From an uncultured Gemmatimonadales bacterium (lineage in GTDB: Bacteria > Gemmatimonadota > Gemmatimonadetes > Gemmatimonadales > GWC2-71-9): a stretch of DNA of 64,000 bases. Numbering within the stretch: the first letter of the stretch is position 1; every line of letters starts with the position of its first letter. The translations under genes were made by a program, and so were the position numbers. Positions 19,917 to 30,129 of the stretch are shown here, piece by piece. The stretch lies in the NCBI GenBank assembly GCA_965651715.1, contig CBFGTB010000001.1, forward strand, positions 26,938 through 90,937. The letters are read 5' to 3'. Below the pieces are notes generated by a model, which did no database searches, was not told the DNA's origin, and was given only the letters and a program-made list of their open reading frames with translations.

Positions 19917-20510
19917 ATGACTTCGGTTGTTGCCGCGCACCTCAGTGCCGATGAACTCGACAGCATTCATGAGGCCCGACCCGCTGCGCGGGCAATGTCC
20001 CATCTCGAAACGTGCCCCACCTGCCGCGCGATGGTGAGGCATGATGCCCAGCTTATCGCAGCCTTGGCGGCGCTGCCCACCTGGCAGCCCTCCGCCGAAT
20101 TTCCGGCGACGGTGCTGAGCCGCCTCGCGGCGAATCGCGCCGCTGCCCGGGTCGCTCCGACAGTGCAGCCAGGGGATCGGGTCGTCGCGGCGCGGCGGCG
20201 GATGGTCGTCGGCGGAGCGCTTGCCGGCAGCCTGGTGGCAGCCGGCTTCGTCTGGGCGATTCTCGACCCGGCGGCGGCCCAGCGACTGGCGGGGCCCGCC
20301 CTTGATGATCTGAGCACCCAACTCTGGCTCACTCTCCAGGCGCTGGTGGCAAACACCACCGAGCAGCCCTGGTTCGCCGCCGTGTGGGACAGCGTGGCCT
20401 CTCCGGCCCGCGCCGTTCCGGTCCTGGCGGCGGCGGCGCTCGGGTATGTGGCCCTGCTGTCGGGATTCCGTCGGCTGCTGACCCGGTCTGCGACCGATGC
20501 GACCTGGTAA
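19917..20510 (+). CDS. Anti-sigma factor (zf-HC2 type, membrane-spanning)
   Basis: Directly downstream of the ECF sigma gene. H-x3-C-x2-C motif 'HLETCPTC' and a central hydrophobic helix. Confidence 0.7.
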   Translation: MTSVVAAHLSADELDSIHEARPAARAMSHLETCPTCRAMVRHDAQLIAALAALPTWQPSAEFPATVLSRLAANRAAARVAPTVQPGDRVVAARRRMVVGGALAGSLVAAGFVWAILDPAAAQRLAGPALDDLSTQLWLTLQALVANTTEQPWFAAVWDSVASPARAVPVLAAAALGYVALLSGFRRLLTRSATDATW

Positions 20511-21714
20511 CCGCGCGGTACTGGTTGCCCTGCTCCTCGCCCTGATCCCGGGTACCAGTTCCGCCGAGCCACCTCCCGGCAACTCGGGATTGGTCGACCT
20601 GGCCGCGCAGGTGCGGGAGCTGGTGCCGTTCCTGCTGCCCGCGGCCGTCGCGCCCCAGGCCGTGGCGACGGGCAATGACACCGACCCCAGCGTCGATCCT
20701 GGGCACCTCGAAACCCCTGAGCTGCTCGAGCACGACCTCCGGGCGGCTCTTGCAACGCCGCTGAGCCGAACCCGGCTGACTGTGGTGGGCGGCATCGCCC
20801 GGCTCGGCGACTACACTCTCGGCTCGGCCGAAGTCCACCACGGTCATGTGGTCGTGCTGGAGGGCGACGCCGACATCCACGGTCGGCTCGAGGGCAATCT
20901 TGTCACGCTCGACGGCAACATCATCATCCATCCCGGCGGCCACGTTGTCGGCGACGTGCTCGCCATCAACGGCACGGTGCGCGATCCCGACGGTACCATC
21001 AGCGGCGTGACCAGCACCTTGGAACCGCGCCAGGTGGCGCCGGCCCCCCGGGCACTGCCGCAACTCGCCGGACGGCTGGCCGGCCTGGCGGGACTGCTGC
21101 TCACCTTTGTGGCGCTGGGGTTCGCCCTTGTGACATTCGGGCGGCCCAATCTCGAGATCGTCTCCGACACCGTCAGTCACTCCTTCGGACGCGCCTTCCT
21201 GGCCGGCATCCTGGCGCAGGTTCTGCTGCTGCCCACCTTCGGCATGCTGGTGGTCGGACTGGTCCTCACTGTGGCCGGCGCGCTGCTGGTCCCGTTCGCG
21301 GCCCTTGTCTATCTGATTCTGGCGGTGACAGCCGTGGTGGGCGGCCTGCTCGACGTCGGCCACGCCATCGGCGAAACCATGACCCGGCGACAACTGGCCC
21401 GCGGCGTGGTGGTCTCTCCCAATTCCTACCGCTACGTCCTGGTGGGCATGCTCGCGATGACGGTGCCGTGGCTCGCCTGGGCACTGATCGGTTGGGTGCC
21501 GGTCGCCGGCGCGCTCTGCTTCGTGATTGCCGCGCTGGCGACCTGGCTGGTGGCCACGGTCGGGTTCGGCGCCGCGCTGCTGTCGCGCGGCGGCATCCGT
21601 GAAGAATTCTCCGGTCGGCTGCTGCCGCCGGCGATGATGACTGATGAGTATCTCTGGGCCACACCCCAGCTCGGCGTTCCCGCCGTGACCCGTCCCCCCA
21701 AGTCGCCCGAATGA
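20497..21714 (+). CDS. Membrane protein with N-terminal bactofilin-like (polymer-forming beta-helix) repeat region
   Basis: Signal peptide, then 'GHVVVLEGDADIHGRLEGNLVTLDGNIIIHPGGHVVGDVLAINGTV' repeats, then several TM helices. Confidence 0.6.
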   Translation: MRPGNRAVLVALLLALIPGTSSAEPPPGNSGLVDLAAQVRELVPFLLPAAVAPQAVATGNDTDPSVDPGHLETPELLEHDLRAALATPLSRTRLTVVGGIARLGDYTLGSAEVHHGHVVVLEGDADIHGRLEGNLVTLDGNIIIHPGGHVVGDVLAINGTVRDPDGTISGVTSTLEPRQVAPAPRALPQLAGRLAGLAGLLLTFVALGFALVTFGRPNLEIVSDTVSHSFGRAFLAGILAQVLLLPTFGMLVVGLVLTVAGALLVPFAALVYLILAVTAVVGGLLDVGHAIGETMTRRQLARGVVVSPNSYRYVLVGMLAMTVPWLAWALIGWVPVAGALCFVIAALATWLVATVGFGAALLSRGGIREEFSGRLLPPAMMTDEYLWATPQLGVPAVTRPPKSPE

Positions 21715-22571
21715 TCCCGGCTGTCACTCTGCGGTTGGCGGCGGCGCTGCTTGCGGCAGCATCGCCGCTTGCCGCCCAGACGATGCGCACCTACTCCGCC
21801 CACCGGCCGTTGGGCAGTGCGGCGGTCCCGCTGCGGGTCACCCTCGACTTCGGCGCCGGCCGACTCGCCGTTCAAGCCGGCGATTCCACCGAACTGTACC
21901 GCACCCTGATGCGCTACGACGCGGAACGCTTCACCCCGGTTCAGCGCTACGACAGCCGGACCGGTCTGCTCCGGATCGGGCTCGAAACCGTCGGCCACAG
22001 CGGCCTTCGGGTCACCTCGCGCGACCACCTGGGGCAGGCGGCCCGGTTCAGCTTCGCGCCCACTGTGCCGCTCTACCTCGACGCCAACCTCGGCGCCAGC
22101 GATGCCGCGCTCGACCTGGCCCGCCTTCAGCTTCGTGGGATCACAGTCAGTTCCGGCGCCACCATGGGAACCATCGACGTCTCAGCGCCGACCACCGGCG
22201 ACTGCGAACGGGCAGTGTTTCGGATCGGCGCCGGTGAGTTGCGGGTGCGCCATTTTGCCAACGCCGGTTGCGCCAGCATCACGCTCGATGGCGGAGCGGG
22301 GCGTCTGGTGATGGGGATGGACGGGACCTGGCGCCGGGATACCCACCTGGTGGTCTCGCTTGCCATGGGCACCCTGACCCTGCAACTGCCGCGGGACATC
22401 GGCCTCCGGATCCGCGCCACCGATGCATTCCTGGCGCGGGTCGCCGCCGACGGTCTTGTCGATCGAAACGGCGGACGGGAGTCGGTCGGGTTTGATCAGG
22501 CCCGCCATCATCTGACAGTGGATCTGACGGCCAACGTCGCCGACATCACTGTCGAACGGCGGGATCCCTAG
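21711..22571 (+). CDS. Hypothetical secreted beta-rich protein (last gene of the ECF module)
   Basis: ATGA overlap with the upstream gene. Signal 'LRLAAALLAAASPLAAQ'. No motif recognised. Confidence 0.5.
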   Translation: MIPAVTLRLAAALLAAASPLAAQTMRTYSAHRPLGSAAVPLRVTLDFGAGRLAVQAGDSTELYRTLMRYDAERFTPVQRYDSRTGLLRIGLETVGHSGLRVTSRDHLGQAARFSFAPTVPLYLDANLGASDAALDLARLQLRGITVSSGATMGTIDVSAPTTGDCERAVFRIGAGELRVRHFANAGCASITLDGGAGRLVMGMDGTWRRDTHLVVSLAMGTLTLQLPRDIGLRIRATDAFLARVAADGLVDRNGGRESVGFDQARHHLTVDLTANVADITVERRDP

Positions 22572-22595
22572 CCGCCTCGCACCCGCCTGAGCCGA

Positions 22596-23687
22596 TCAGG
22601 AAATTTCCGGCAGTCGCACACCCACTTCGGCGACCCGGGCCATGATCCGCGTCGCGGCTTCGGCCAGCATGACAGCAGCCGCCGTCCCCGGCGCGGCCAC
22701 CACCACCGGCTCGCCCCGGTCGGCCGCCTCGGTCAGCCCGGCCTGGAGCGGGACTTCGCCGAGCAGCGGAACCGCCAGTTCTTCGGCCAGACGCTGACCG
22801 CCGCCGCTGCCGAAAAGGTCATGGCGCATGCCGGTCACCGGATCGATGAAGCCGCTCATGTTCTCGACCACGCCCAGCACCGGCACGTTGACCCGATCAA
22901 ACATCCGGGCGCCCCGCAGCGCATCGCCCACCGCCACTTCCTGCGGCGTGGTCACGATCACCGCGCCGCTGACCATCACCTGCTGCACCAGCGAAAGCTG
23001 CGCATCGCCGGTCCCCGGCGGCATGTCGACAAGCAGCACATCGAGTTCGCCCCAGGCCACGTCGTGCAGGAACTGCTGCAACACCTTGGTGATGATCGGG
23101 CCGCGCCAGATCGCCGGCGCGTCGCGGTCGACCAGAAATCCGATCGACATCAGCTTCACCCCGTAGGCATCGAGCGGCACGATCCGCTTCTCGGCATCGA
23201 CGCCCGGACGCTCAAACACTCCCATCATCCGGGGAATGTTGGGGCCGTAAAAGTCGGCGTCCATCAGTCCGACCCGCAGGCCCTGCGCCGCCAGCGAAAT
23301 CGCGGTATTGACCGACACCGTCGACTTGCCGACGCCGCCCTTTCCCGACGAGATCGCGATCACCTTGTCGATGCCCGGTACGGCCATCGGTGTGGGCGCC
23401 GGAATACCGGCCCGGGCACTCTGGGGCGCCGCATGAGTGGTCGGCGCCGGTCCGTCGGGATTGCGCACAGTGATTCGGGCCGGCGGCAGATCCAACGCCT
23501 CCAGCGCCTGACGCGCCTGGCGCACCAGGGTGGCCGGATCGTCGCGGCGCAACAGGAAGGTGAACACCGGCACGCCGTCGTCGATCACCAGATCGTCGAT
23601 CATCCCCGACGCGACAAGACCCTGGCCGGTGCGGGGAGTCACAACGCCGTCGAGAGCGGCACGGATACGGGCACTGAGGTCAGCCAT
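22596..23687 (-). CDS. apbC: Mrp/ApbC/NBP35-family Fe-S cluster carrier ATPase
   Basis: Deviant Walker A 'SGKGGVGKST', N-terminal DUF59-like domain. 363 aa. Confidence 0.9.
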   Translation of the reverse strand: MADLSARIRAALDGVVTPRTGQGLVASGMIDDLVIDDGVPVFTFLLRRDDPATLVRQARQALEALDLPPARITVRNPDGPAPTTHAAPQSARAGIPAPTPMAVPGIDKVIAISSGKGGVGKSTVSVNTAISLAAQGLRVGLMDADFYGPNIPRMMGVFERPGVDAEKRIVPLDAYGVKLMSIGFLVDRDAPAIWRGPIITKVLQQFLHDVAWGELDVLLVDMPPGTGDAQLSLVQQVMVSGAVIVTTPQEVAVGDALRGARMFDRVNVPVLGVVENMSGFIDPVTGMRHDLFGSGGGQRLAEELAVPLLGEVPLQAGLTEAADRGEPVVVAAPGTAAAVMLAEAATRIMARVAEVGVRLPEIS

Positions 23688-23693
23688 GATGTC

Positions 23694-23960
23694 TTAAATC
23701 GATTCGATGTGAAGAACTTCGGGCACCGTCTCGCGGAGCCGGACTTCGATGCCCATCTTGAGAGTCATCGACGCGGCGGCGCAGCCGTGACAGCTTCCGC
23801 CCAGGCGGAGGAACAGTCGGCCCTCGGTCGGGTCGAAATCGATGACCTCGACATGCCCGCGATGGGAAGCGATATAGGGCCTGATCCGATCGAGCGCCTG
23901 CTCGATGCGGGTCAGCACTTCCTCAGCCGAGCCGACAGCGGTCGGATGAGCTGACATCAT
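23694..23960 (-). CDS. NifU-like (Nfu C-terminal domain) Fe-S scaffold protein
   Basis: 88 aa with 'GGSCHGC' CxxC motif. Confidence 0.85.
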   Translation of the reverse strand: MMSAHPTAVGSAEEVLTRIEQALDRIRPYIASHRGHVEVIDFDPTEGRLFLRLGGSCHGCAAASMTLKMGIEVRLRETVPEVLHIESI

Positions 23961-24973
23961 GCCACCTCAGCGGCAAGGGTTTCCCGGGCGGCGCGGAGCA
24001 CTGCCGTCTGCACCGCGTCGAGACTTCCCACAATCGCGGCCCCCGCGGCCTTGGTATGACCGCCGCCGCCGAACTGGCGCGCCAGCGCCGCGACATCGAC
24101 CGATCCGACAGATCGGAACGACACCTTGATCCGGCCGGCCGACACCTGGCGAAACAACAGCGCCAGCCGGACTCCACCGATGGCACGGGCATGCTCGACC
24201 ACACCATCGAGATCGTCGGAATCGACACCATGACGCTCCAACGCCCCTTCCGGCACAGTGAGCCATGCCAGACCGGGCTCGGCTTCGTGCACCAGCGTGT
24301 CGAGCACCTCGGCCAGCAAGCGGGGCCGACCGACCGTCCCCGAGGCGTAGACGTCGCGGTAGACGGCCTCGGGATCGGCACCGCACTCGATCAGATGAGC
24401 GGCAGTGCGCAGCGTGGCCGGTGTGGTATTTGAGAATCGGAACGAGCCGGTATCGGTCACCAGGGCCACGTACAGGGCATGCGCCGCCGACGGGCCGATC
24501 GGCCAGCCCAGCTCACCGGCGATCCGATGGATCAGCTCGCCGGTGGCGGCGGCAGTCGAATCGATATACCGCGGCCCGTCGGGCAGTGCGCCCGGACTGA
24601 CATGGTGATCGATGCAGATCACCGGCACGCCGCGCTGGGCGACGGTCTCCGCCAGACCACCCAGGCGCGACAGCTCGCTGATGTCGAGCACCACTATCAC
24701 GTCGGCCCGGCGCAGCTCCACCACGGCCTTGCTGGTCCGGTCCACCCCGGCGAGATCGCGGAACAGAAAATCGAACCGCTCCGGCGTCGGGGTCGGGTTG
24801 CAGATGCTGACGTTGACGCCGCGCGCCCGCAGCAGATGGGCCAGGGCGACCTCGCTACCCAGGCCGTCCCCATCGGGGTTCACGTGGGTGGTCAGGCAGA
24901 CGCGGCTGCCGGACACAAGGAGCGCCGCCAGCTTATGGGCGGCGCTCCCTGAGGCTACCGAAGTGCTGGTCAT
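23957..24973 (-). CDS. nrnA: DHH-family oligoribonuclease / pAp phosphatase NrnA
   Basis: DHH motifs 'HVNPDGDGLGS', 'CIDHH' and DHHA1 'GGGGH'. Confidence 0.85.
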   Translation of the reverse strand: MTSTSVASGSAAHKLAALLVSGSRVCLTTHVNPDGDGLGSEVALAHLLRARGVNVSICNPTPTPERFDFLFRDLAGVDRTSKAVVELRRADVIVVLDISELSRLGGLAETVAQRGVPVICIDHHVSPGALPDGPRYIDSTAAATGELIHRIAGELGWPIGPSAAHALYVALVTDTGSFRFSNTTPATLRTAAHLIECGADPEAVYRDVYASGTVGRPRLLAEVLDTLVHEAEPGLAWLTVPEGALERHGVDSDDLDGVVEHARAIGGVRLALLFRQVSAGRIKVSFRSVGSVDVAALARQFGGGGHTKAAGAAIVGSLDAVQTAVLRAARETLAAEVA

Positions 24974-24986
24974 GCCGGGAAGGTAA

Positions 24987-26543
24987 TCAGTCGGCGCGAT
25001 TCTCCGACCGACCCAGCACTGAATGGTGGCGGCCGTAGCCGAAGTACACCGCGAGGCCGATTGCCATCCAGACCGCCAGACGAATCCATGTGTCGAGCGG
25101 TAGCCACGCCATCAGGCCGCCGCAGACCAGGATGCCCAGGATCGGCACCAGCGGCACCCACGGCGTCCGGAACGGCCGCGGCAGGTCGGGCTGGGTCCGG
25201 CGCAGCACCAGAATGCCGCCGCAGACGATCACGAAGGCCAGCAGGGTGCCGATCGACACCAGCTCGCCCAGCAGGTTGATCGGGAAGAAGGCAGCAATCA
25301 GCGCCGCCGTGCCACCGGTGATCACCGTGGCCACCCAGGGCGTCTGGAAGCGGGGATGGACCTTGCCGAACACCGGCGGCAGCAGGCCGTCGCGCGACAT
25401 GGCGTAGAAGATCCGCGGCTGGCCCATCAGCATCACCAGCACCACCGAGCTGAGGCCGGCGATGGCACCGATGTTGACGAGATAGCCCAACCACGCCAGG
25501 GCCGGTCCGGCGGCGGCAATGGCGACGAACACCGGATGCGGCACGTCGAGCGTCTGGTAGTGGGCGATACCGGTCATCACCAGCGACATGGCGATATACA
25601 GCACGGTACAGATGGCCAGCGATCCCAGAATACCGATCGGCAGATCGCGCTGGGGATTCTTGGCCTCCTGCGCAGCGGTGGACACCGCGTCGAAGCCGAT
25701 GTAGGCGAAGAAGATCACTCCGGCGCCGCGCACCACACCGCTCAAGCCGAACGAGCCGAAGGTGCCGGTGTTGTCGGGGATGAAGGGGTGCCAGTTGGCG
25801 GTGTCGACATACTTGATGCCGAAGCCGATCACCATCAGGACGATCGCGACCTTGATGAAAACGATGATGTTGTTGAACCGGGCTGACTCACGGATGCCGA
25901 GGATCAGCAGACCGGTGAGCAGCAGAACCAGCAGCATCGCCGGCAGATTGATCACGCCCGACACGATAGTGAACCCGCCGGCGACGCAGTTGGCGAGTTC
26001 GACGGCGCCGTGATTCACAGCATCGACCGCCATGCCGCCGGTGGCCGGATCGACGCAGATCTGGCTCCGCACCAGCGTGTGGGTTCCCACCACATCCAGC
26101 GGCGCGCCCGCCAGCGTGGGCGGCAGATGGATCCCCAACTCGGCAAGGAATGCCACGAAGTAGCCCGACCATCCCACCGCAACCGTCGAGGCCGCGAACA
26201 GGTACTCCAGGATCAGGTCCCAGCCGATGATCCAGGCGATGAACTCGCCCAGCGTGGCGTAGCCGTAGGTGTAGGCGCTGCCGGCCGCCGGAATCATCGA
26301 CGCGAACTCGGCATAGCAGAGTCCGGCGAAGAGACAGCCTGCGCCCGCGAGGATAAACGACAGCGAGATCGCCGGTCCGGCATACTGTGCCGCCGCCGTT
26401 CCGGTCAGCACGAAGATGCCGGCGCCGATGATGGCACCGATGCCGAGCAGAACGAGATTGGTCGCGGTGAGGGTGCGGGCCAGTTGCGGCTCGCCCTCCC
26501 CGGGCATAAAGGCTTCGAGGGCCTTGGTGCGGAACAGACTCAT
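24987..26543 (-). CDS. APC-superfamily amino acid permease (cationic amino acid transporter-like)
   Basis: About 12 TM helices, 'GAIIGAGIFVLTG' motif. ORF trimmed to the MSLFRTKALE start. This coordinate is derived from the ORF track; my base counting of the printed sequence differed by 1 nt. Confidence 0.85.
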   Translation of the reverse strand: MSLFRTKALEAFMPGEGEPQLARTLTATNLVLLGIGAIIGAGIFVLTGTAAAQYAGPAISLSFILAGAGCLFAGLCYAEFASMIPAAGSAYTYGYATLGEFIAWIIGWDLILEYLFAASTVAVGWSGYFVAFLAELGIHLPPTLAGAPLDVVGTHTLVRSQICVDPATGGMAVDAVNHGAVELANCVAGGFTIVSGVINLPAMLLVLLLTGLLILGIRESARFNNIIVFIKVAIVLMVIGFGIKYVDTANWHPFIPDNTGTFGSFGLSGVVRGAGVIFFAYIGFDAVSTAAQEAKNPQRDLPIGILGSLAICTVLYIAMSLVMTGIAHYQTLDVPHPVFVAIAAAGPALAWLGYLVNIGAIAGLSSVVLVMLMGQPRIFYAMSRDGLLPPVFGKVHPRFQTPWVATVITGGTAALIAAFFPINLLGELVSIGTLLAFVIVCGGILVLRRTQPDLPRPFRTPWVPLVPILGILVCGGLMAWLPLDTWIRLAVWMAIGLAVYFGYGRHHSVLGRSENRAD

Positions 26544-26724
26544 GCGGCAACTCCTTCGGTGGCGGCGACGAGGAAAATCCTGAACGAGCCGGGACGTCGC
26601 CCGGTCGAATGGCACCGCGCGCCACCGATCGAACGGGAGTACACAACGAGTCGTTGGGCCAGCGGCACACGGCGCGTCATATCACGTCCAGACGAAGAGG
26701 AACAACCGGAAACAGCACCTGCGG

Positions 26725-26745
26725 GGGCCGGGCGTCACCCGGCCC
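26725..26745 (-). terminator. Possible intrinsic terminator hairpin after guaB
   Basis: Perfect 8-bp GC stem GGGCCGGG / CCCGGCCC with a 5-nt loop, 20 nt past the guaB stop. The downstream U-tract is poor (..GCUGUUUCCGGUUGUU..). Confidence 0.3.
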
Positions 26746-26764
26746 GTCTTTCACCTACCTGCAC

Positions 26765-28222
26765 TCACACACTGTAGTTCGGCGCTTCGCGGGTGATCGT
26801 CACATCGTGCGGATGCGACTCCCGCAATCCCGCCGCACTGATCCTGACGAACTCGGTATCGCGCCGAAGCTCGGCCAGATCAGCGACCCCACAATATCCC
26901 ATCCCGCTGCGCAGACCACCGGTCATCTGGAACAGGACATCGCCCACCGGTCCCTTGTACGGCACCCGTCCCTCGATGCCCTCGGGCACCAGCTTACTGG
27001 GTGAGACCTCGCCGTCCTGGAAGTAGCGATCGGCCGAGCCATCCTGCATCGCAGCCAGCGACCCCATGCCGCGGATCATTTTGAACCGGCGCCCTTCGGC
27101 CAGGATGCTCTCACCCGGGCTCTCCTCGGTGCCGGCCAACATCGATCCCATCATCACGCTTTCGGCGCCGGCCGCAAGGGCCTTGACCACGTCGCCGCTG
27201 TACTTGATCCCACCGTCGGCGATCACCGGGACGCCGTCGGCCCCCTCCACCGCTTCCATCACGGCGGTGAGCTGGGGCACGCCGACCCCGGTGACCACCC
27301 GGGTGGTGCAGATCGATCCGGGACCGATCCCCACCTTGATCGCATCGACACCGCGTTCCACCAGTGCCCGCGCGCCGGCGGTCGTCGCCACGTTGCCGGC
27401 GATCAGTTGGATATCCGGCAGCGCCTCACGCAACTGTGCCACGGTGTCGAGCACACCGACCGAATGACCATGGGCCGAATCCACTACGATTACGTCGGCG
27501 CCGGCGTTGGCGAGAGCCGTGGCGCGCTGGAACGCCTCGCGCCCCGCCCCCACGGCGGCGGCGACCCGCAGCCGCCCGTGATCGTCCTTGTTGGCGTCGG
27601 GATGCTGGCGCCGCTTGAAGATGTCTTTGACGGTGATCAACCCGGTCAGGACGCCGTCCTCGTTGACCACCGGCAGCTTTTCGATCCGGTGACGCGCCAG
27701 GATAGCCTCGGCTTCGGCCAGGGTGGTGCCCACCGGCGCGGTAACCAGACCACTGCGGGTCATCGCCTCGGCGACCGGGCGATCCATGCCCGCCTCAAAC
27801 TGCAAGTCGCGATTGGTGATGATCCCGATCAGGCGGCCGGCTCCATCGACGATCGGCACACCCGAAATCCGGAACCGCCGCATCAGGGCATGCGCCTCCC
27901 GCACCGGCCGATCGGGACCGAGTGTGATCGGATTGAGGATCATGCCGCTTTCGCTGCGCTTGACCCGATCGACTTCGGCCGCCTGACGATCGATCGACAT
28001 GTTCTTGTGAATCACGCCGATGCCGCCGGCCCGAGCCATGGCGATGGCCATGTCCGATTCGGTGACGGTATCCATCGCCGCCGAGAGCAGCGGCAGCTTG
28101 AGCTGAATGGTCCGGGTCAGACGACTGGTGATATCGACCTGACTGGGATGCACAGTGCTGTATCGCGGCAGCAACAGGACATCGTCGAAGGTCAGGCCCG
28201 GATAGTCGCGGACGCGACTCAT
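26765..28222 (-). CDS. guaB: IMP dehydrogenase
   Basis: [19 protein letters not shown] start, CBS pair, catalytic loop '[11 protein letters not shown]'. Confidence 0.95.
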   Translation of the reverse strand: MSRVRDYPGLTFDDVLLLPRYSTVHPSQVDITSRLTRTIQLKLPLLSAAMDTVTESDMAIAMARAGGIGVIHKNMSIDRQAAEVDRVKRSESGMILNPITLGPDRPVREAHALMRRFRISGVPIVDGAGRLIGIITNRDLQFEAGMDRPVAEAMTRSGLVTAPVGTTLAEAEAILARHRIEKLPVVNEDGVLTGLITVKDIFKRRQHPDANKDDHGRLRVAAAVGAGREAFQRATALANAGADVIVVDSAHGHSVGVLDTVAQLREALPDIQLIAGNVATTAGARALVERGVDAIKVGIGPGSICTTRVVTGVGVPQLTAVMEAVEGADGVPVIADGGIKYSGDVVKALAAGAESVMMGSMLAGTEESPGESILAEGRRFKMIRGMGSLAAMQDGSADRYFQDGEVSPSKLVPEGIEGRVPYKGPVGDVLFQMTGGLRSGMGYCGVADLAELRRDTEFVRISAAGLRESHPHDVTITREAPNYSV

Positions 28223-28294
28223 CGGATCGACACCCGAGGGGTGCGGCAGGGAACGGGGTACATCTCCCAAACTACTCCCTGCACCGCGCGGGGA

Positions 28295-29764
28295 TCAACC
28301 CGACGCCCCCGCGCGGTTCTGCCCCCGACGCCACAGCAGGTAGACCGGAATCCCCAGGGCCACCAGCACCAGACCCGGCCAGGTGTAGAGCGGCTTGCGG
28401 ATCAGCAGCACAATCATCAGGCCGGTCAGCGCCGCGATATACAGCCCCGGCACCACCGGATAGCCGAAGGCGGTGACCGGTCGGGGCAGGTCAGGCTGGC
28501 GGCGGCGCAACATGAACAGGGCGATGGTGGTCAGGGTGTAGAACAGCACCGAGGCGAAGATGACATAGTCGAGCAACTGATTGTAAGTGCCCGAGAGGCA
28601 GAGCACGCTGGCCCAGAGCGCCTGAGCCCACAGCCCGAAGACGGGAGTCCGCCGCACCGGATGCAGCTCGCCGGCCTTGCGGAAGAACAGCGCGTCGCGG
28701 GCCATGGCGTAATACACCCGCGGTCCCGCGAGGACCAGGCCGGCGTTGCAGCCGAACGTCGAAATGACGATCAGCCCCGCCATGGCCATGCCGCCGATCG
28801 GCCCCAGCATCGCCTCCACCGCCGCCGCTCCGACCCGTCCCTCGCTGGCGTGGGCGATGCCCTGCGTCAGCGCGGTGGTTCCCGCCGGGTCACCCTGATA
28901 GGGCAGCACGCTCAGGTAGGCCACGTTGGCCAGGATATAGAGCACTGTGACGCCCAGCGTGCCCAGGGCGAGGGCCCGCGGCAGGTTGCGGGTGGGATCG
29001 CGCACTTCGGCAGCGGCGAATGTGACGTTGTTCCACGAATCGCTCGAGAACAGCGAACCGACCATCGCCGCCCCGACCACCGGCAGCATGGCCAGGGTCC
29101 AGTCACCGGTGCCCCAGAAGTTGCCGAAGTTGGCGGCCGCGATGTCGCCGTTACGAAAGATCGCGATGCCGAGCACCACCAGCAGCGCCAGCGCCAGGGT
29201 CTTGATCGCGGTGAGTGCTGTCTGGATCCCGGCGCCGAGGGTCACGCCGCGGGCGTTGATGGCGGTGAGCAGCAGCACCGAGGCGATGGCCACGATCCGC
29301 TGGGGCGAGGCACCGATCGGAATTTCCGCAGCAGCCCCCGGGAGGTGCAGGCTGCCGAAGGAGAGGAAAATGGTGTCGGTCAGCGCCGGAAAGAACACGC
29401 CGAGGTACTTGGCCATGGCCACGGCCACGGCCGCGATGGTGCCGGTCTGAATGACGGTGAACAGCGTCCAGCCGTACAGGAAACCGGCCGCCGGTGTGAT
29501 GCCTTCGCGCAGGAAGACATACTGCCCTCCCGCCCGGGGCAGCATCGCCGCCAGCTCGGCGTAGCAGAGCGCGCCGGCCACGGTGAGCAATCCGGTGAGC
29601 AGCCAGACCAGCAGCAGGCCGCCCGGTCCCCAGGGGCCCATCTCCACCGAGATGGCAGCCGAGACGATGAAGATCCCCGAGCCGATCATCGTCCCGACGA
29701 CCAGCGAGGCGGCTTGCCACGGCCCGATGCCGCGGACGAAGTCGATCTTGTCTGATGAGTTCAG
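28295..29764 (-). CDS. APC-superfamily amino acid permease (probable CTG start)
   Basis: The ORF track begins at MIGSGIF (29689), but the frame stays open to 29845 and encodes the conserved N-terminal helix '..DKIDFVRGIGPWQAASLVVGTMIGSGIF'. The only start-like codon there is CTG at 29764-29762, forming CTGA with the upstream stop. Confidence 0.75.
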   Translation of the reverse strand: MNSSDKIDFVRGIGPWQAASLVVGTMIGSGIFIVSAAISVEMGPWGPGGLLLVWLLTGLLTVAGALCYAELAAMLPRAGGQYVFLREGITPAAGFLYGWTLFTVIQTGTIAAVAVAMAKYLGVFFPALTDTIFLSFGSLHLPGAAAEIPIGASPQRIVAIASVLLLTAINARGVTLGAGIQTALTAIKTLALALLVVLGIAIFRNGDIAAANFGNFWGTGDWTLAMLPVVGAAMVGSLFSSDSWNNVTFAAAEVRDPTRNLPRALALGTLGVTVLYILANVAYLSVLPYQGDPAGTTALTQGIAHASEGRVGAAAVEAMLGPIGGMAMAGLIVISTFGCNAGLVLAGPRVYYAMARDALFFRKAGELHPVRRTPVFGLWAQALWASVLCLSGTYNQLLDYVIFASVLFYTLTTIALFMLRRRQPDLPRPVTAFGYPVVPGLYIAALTGLMIVLLIRKPLYTWPGLVLVALGIPVYLLWRRGQNRAGASG

Positions 29765-30120
29765 CGGGAAGACTCCGGGTCGGAAGGCGGAGCCGCCTCG
29801 GGCGGCGTCGGCGTGGCTGGCTTGGAAGTAGTCTGACTTGCACCCTCAACCACCGATTGGGCGGCGGCGGCCATTCCCCGCACCACCTTGGCGGCGCCGT
29901 CGAACAGTCCGACAGTCCCTGAGATCGCGCTGATCGGAGCCTTGCCGGCCCGCAGCGTGTCCTCGACCTTTTCGGTGATGCGGGTGAAGAAGTTATCGGG
30001 TTGGGTCCGCTGGGCATAGCGGCTCTCCAGGAACTCGACATAGTCGAGCACCTGATACCCCCGCTCGTCGGGAAGTTCCGCCAGGCGCCGCATGATACGT
30101 TCGCGCAGATGCTCTTCCAT
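29761..30120 (-). CDS. Hypothetical small protein with low-complexity Pro/Thr/Ser tail
   Basis: 119-aa ORF 'MEEHLRERIMRRLAELPDERGYQVLDYVEFLESRY...'. Its stop overlaps the permease start. No family confidently recognised. Confidence 0.45.
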   Translation of the reverse strand: MEEHLRERIMRRLAELPDERGYQVLDYVEFLESRYAQRTQPDNFFTRITEKVEDTLRAGKAPISAISGTVGLFDGAAKVVRGMAAAAQSVVEGASQTTSKPATPTPPEAAPPSDPESSR

Positions 30121-30129
30121 CGTCGCCTC

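Noticed and set aside
27407-29755. 782-aa ORF on the plus strand, the longest in the track
   Set aside because: Antisense to guaB and the APC permease, both of which have unmistakable motifs. Low-complexity R/G/D/H/Q content.
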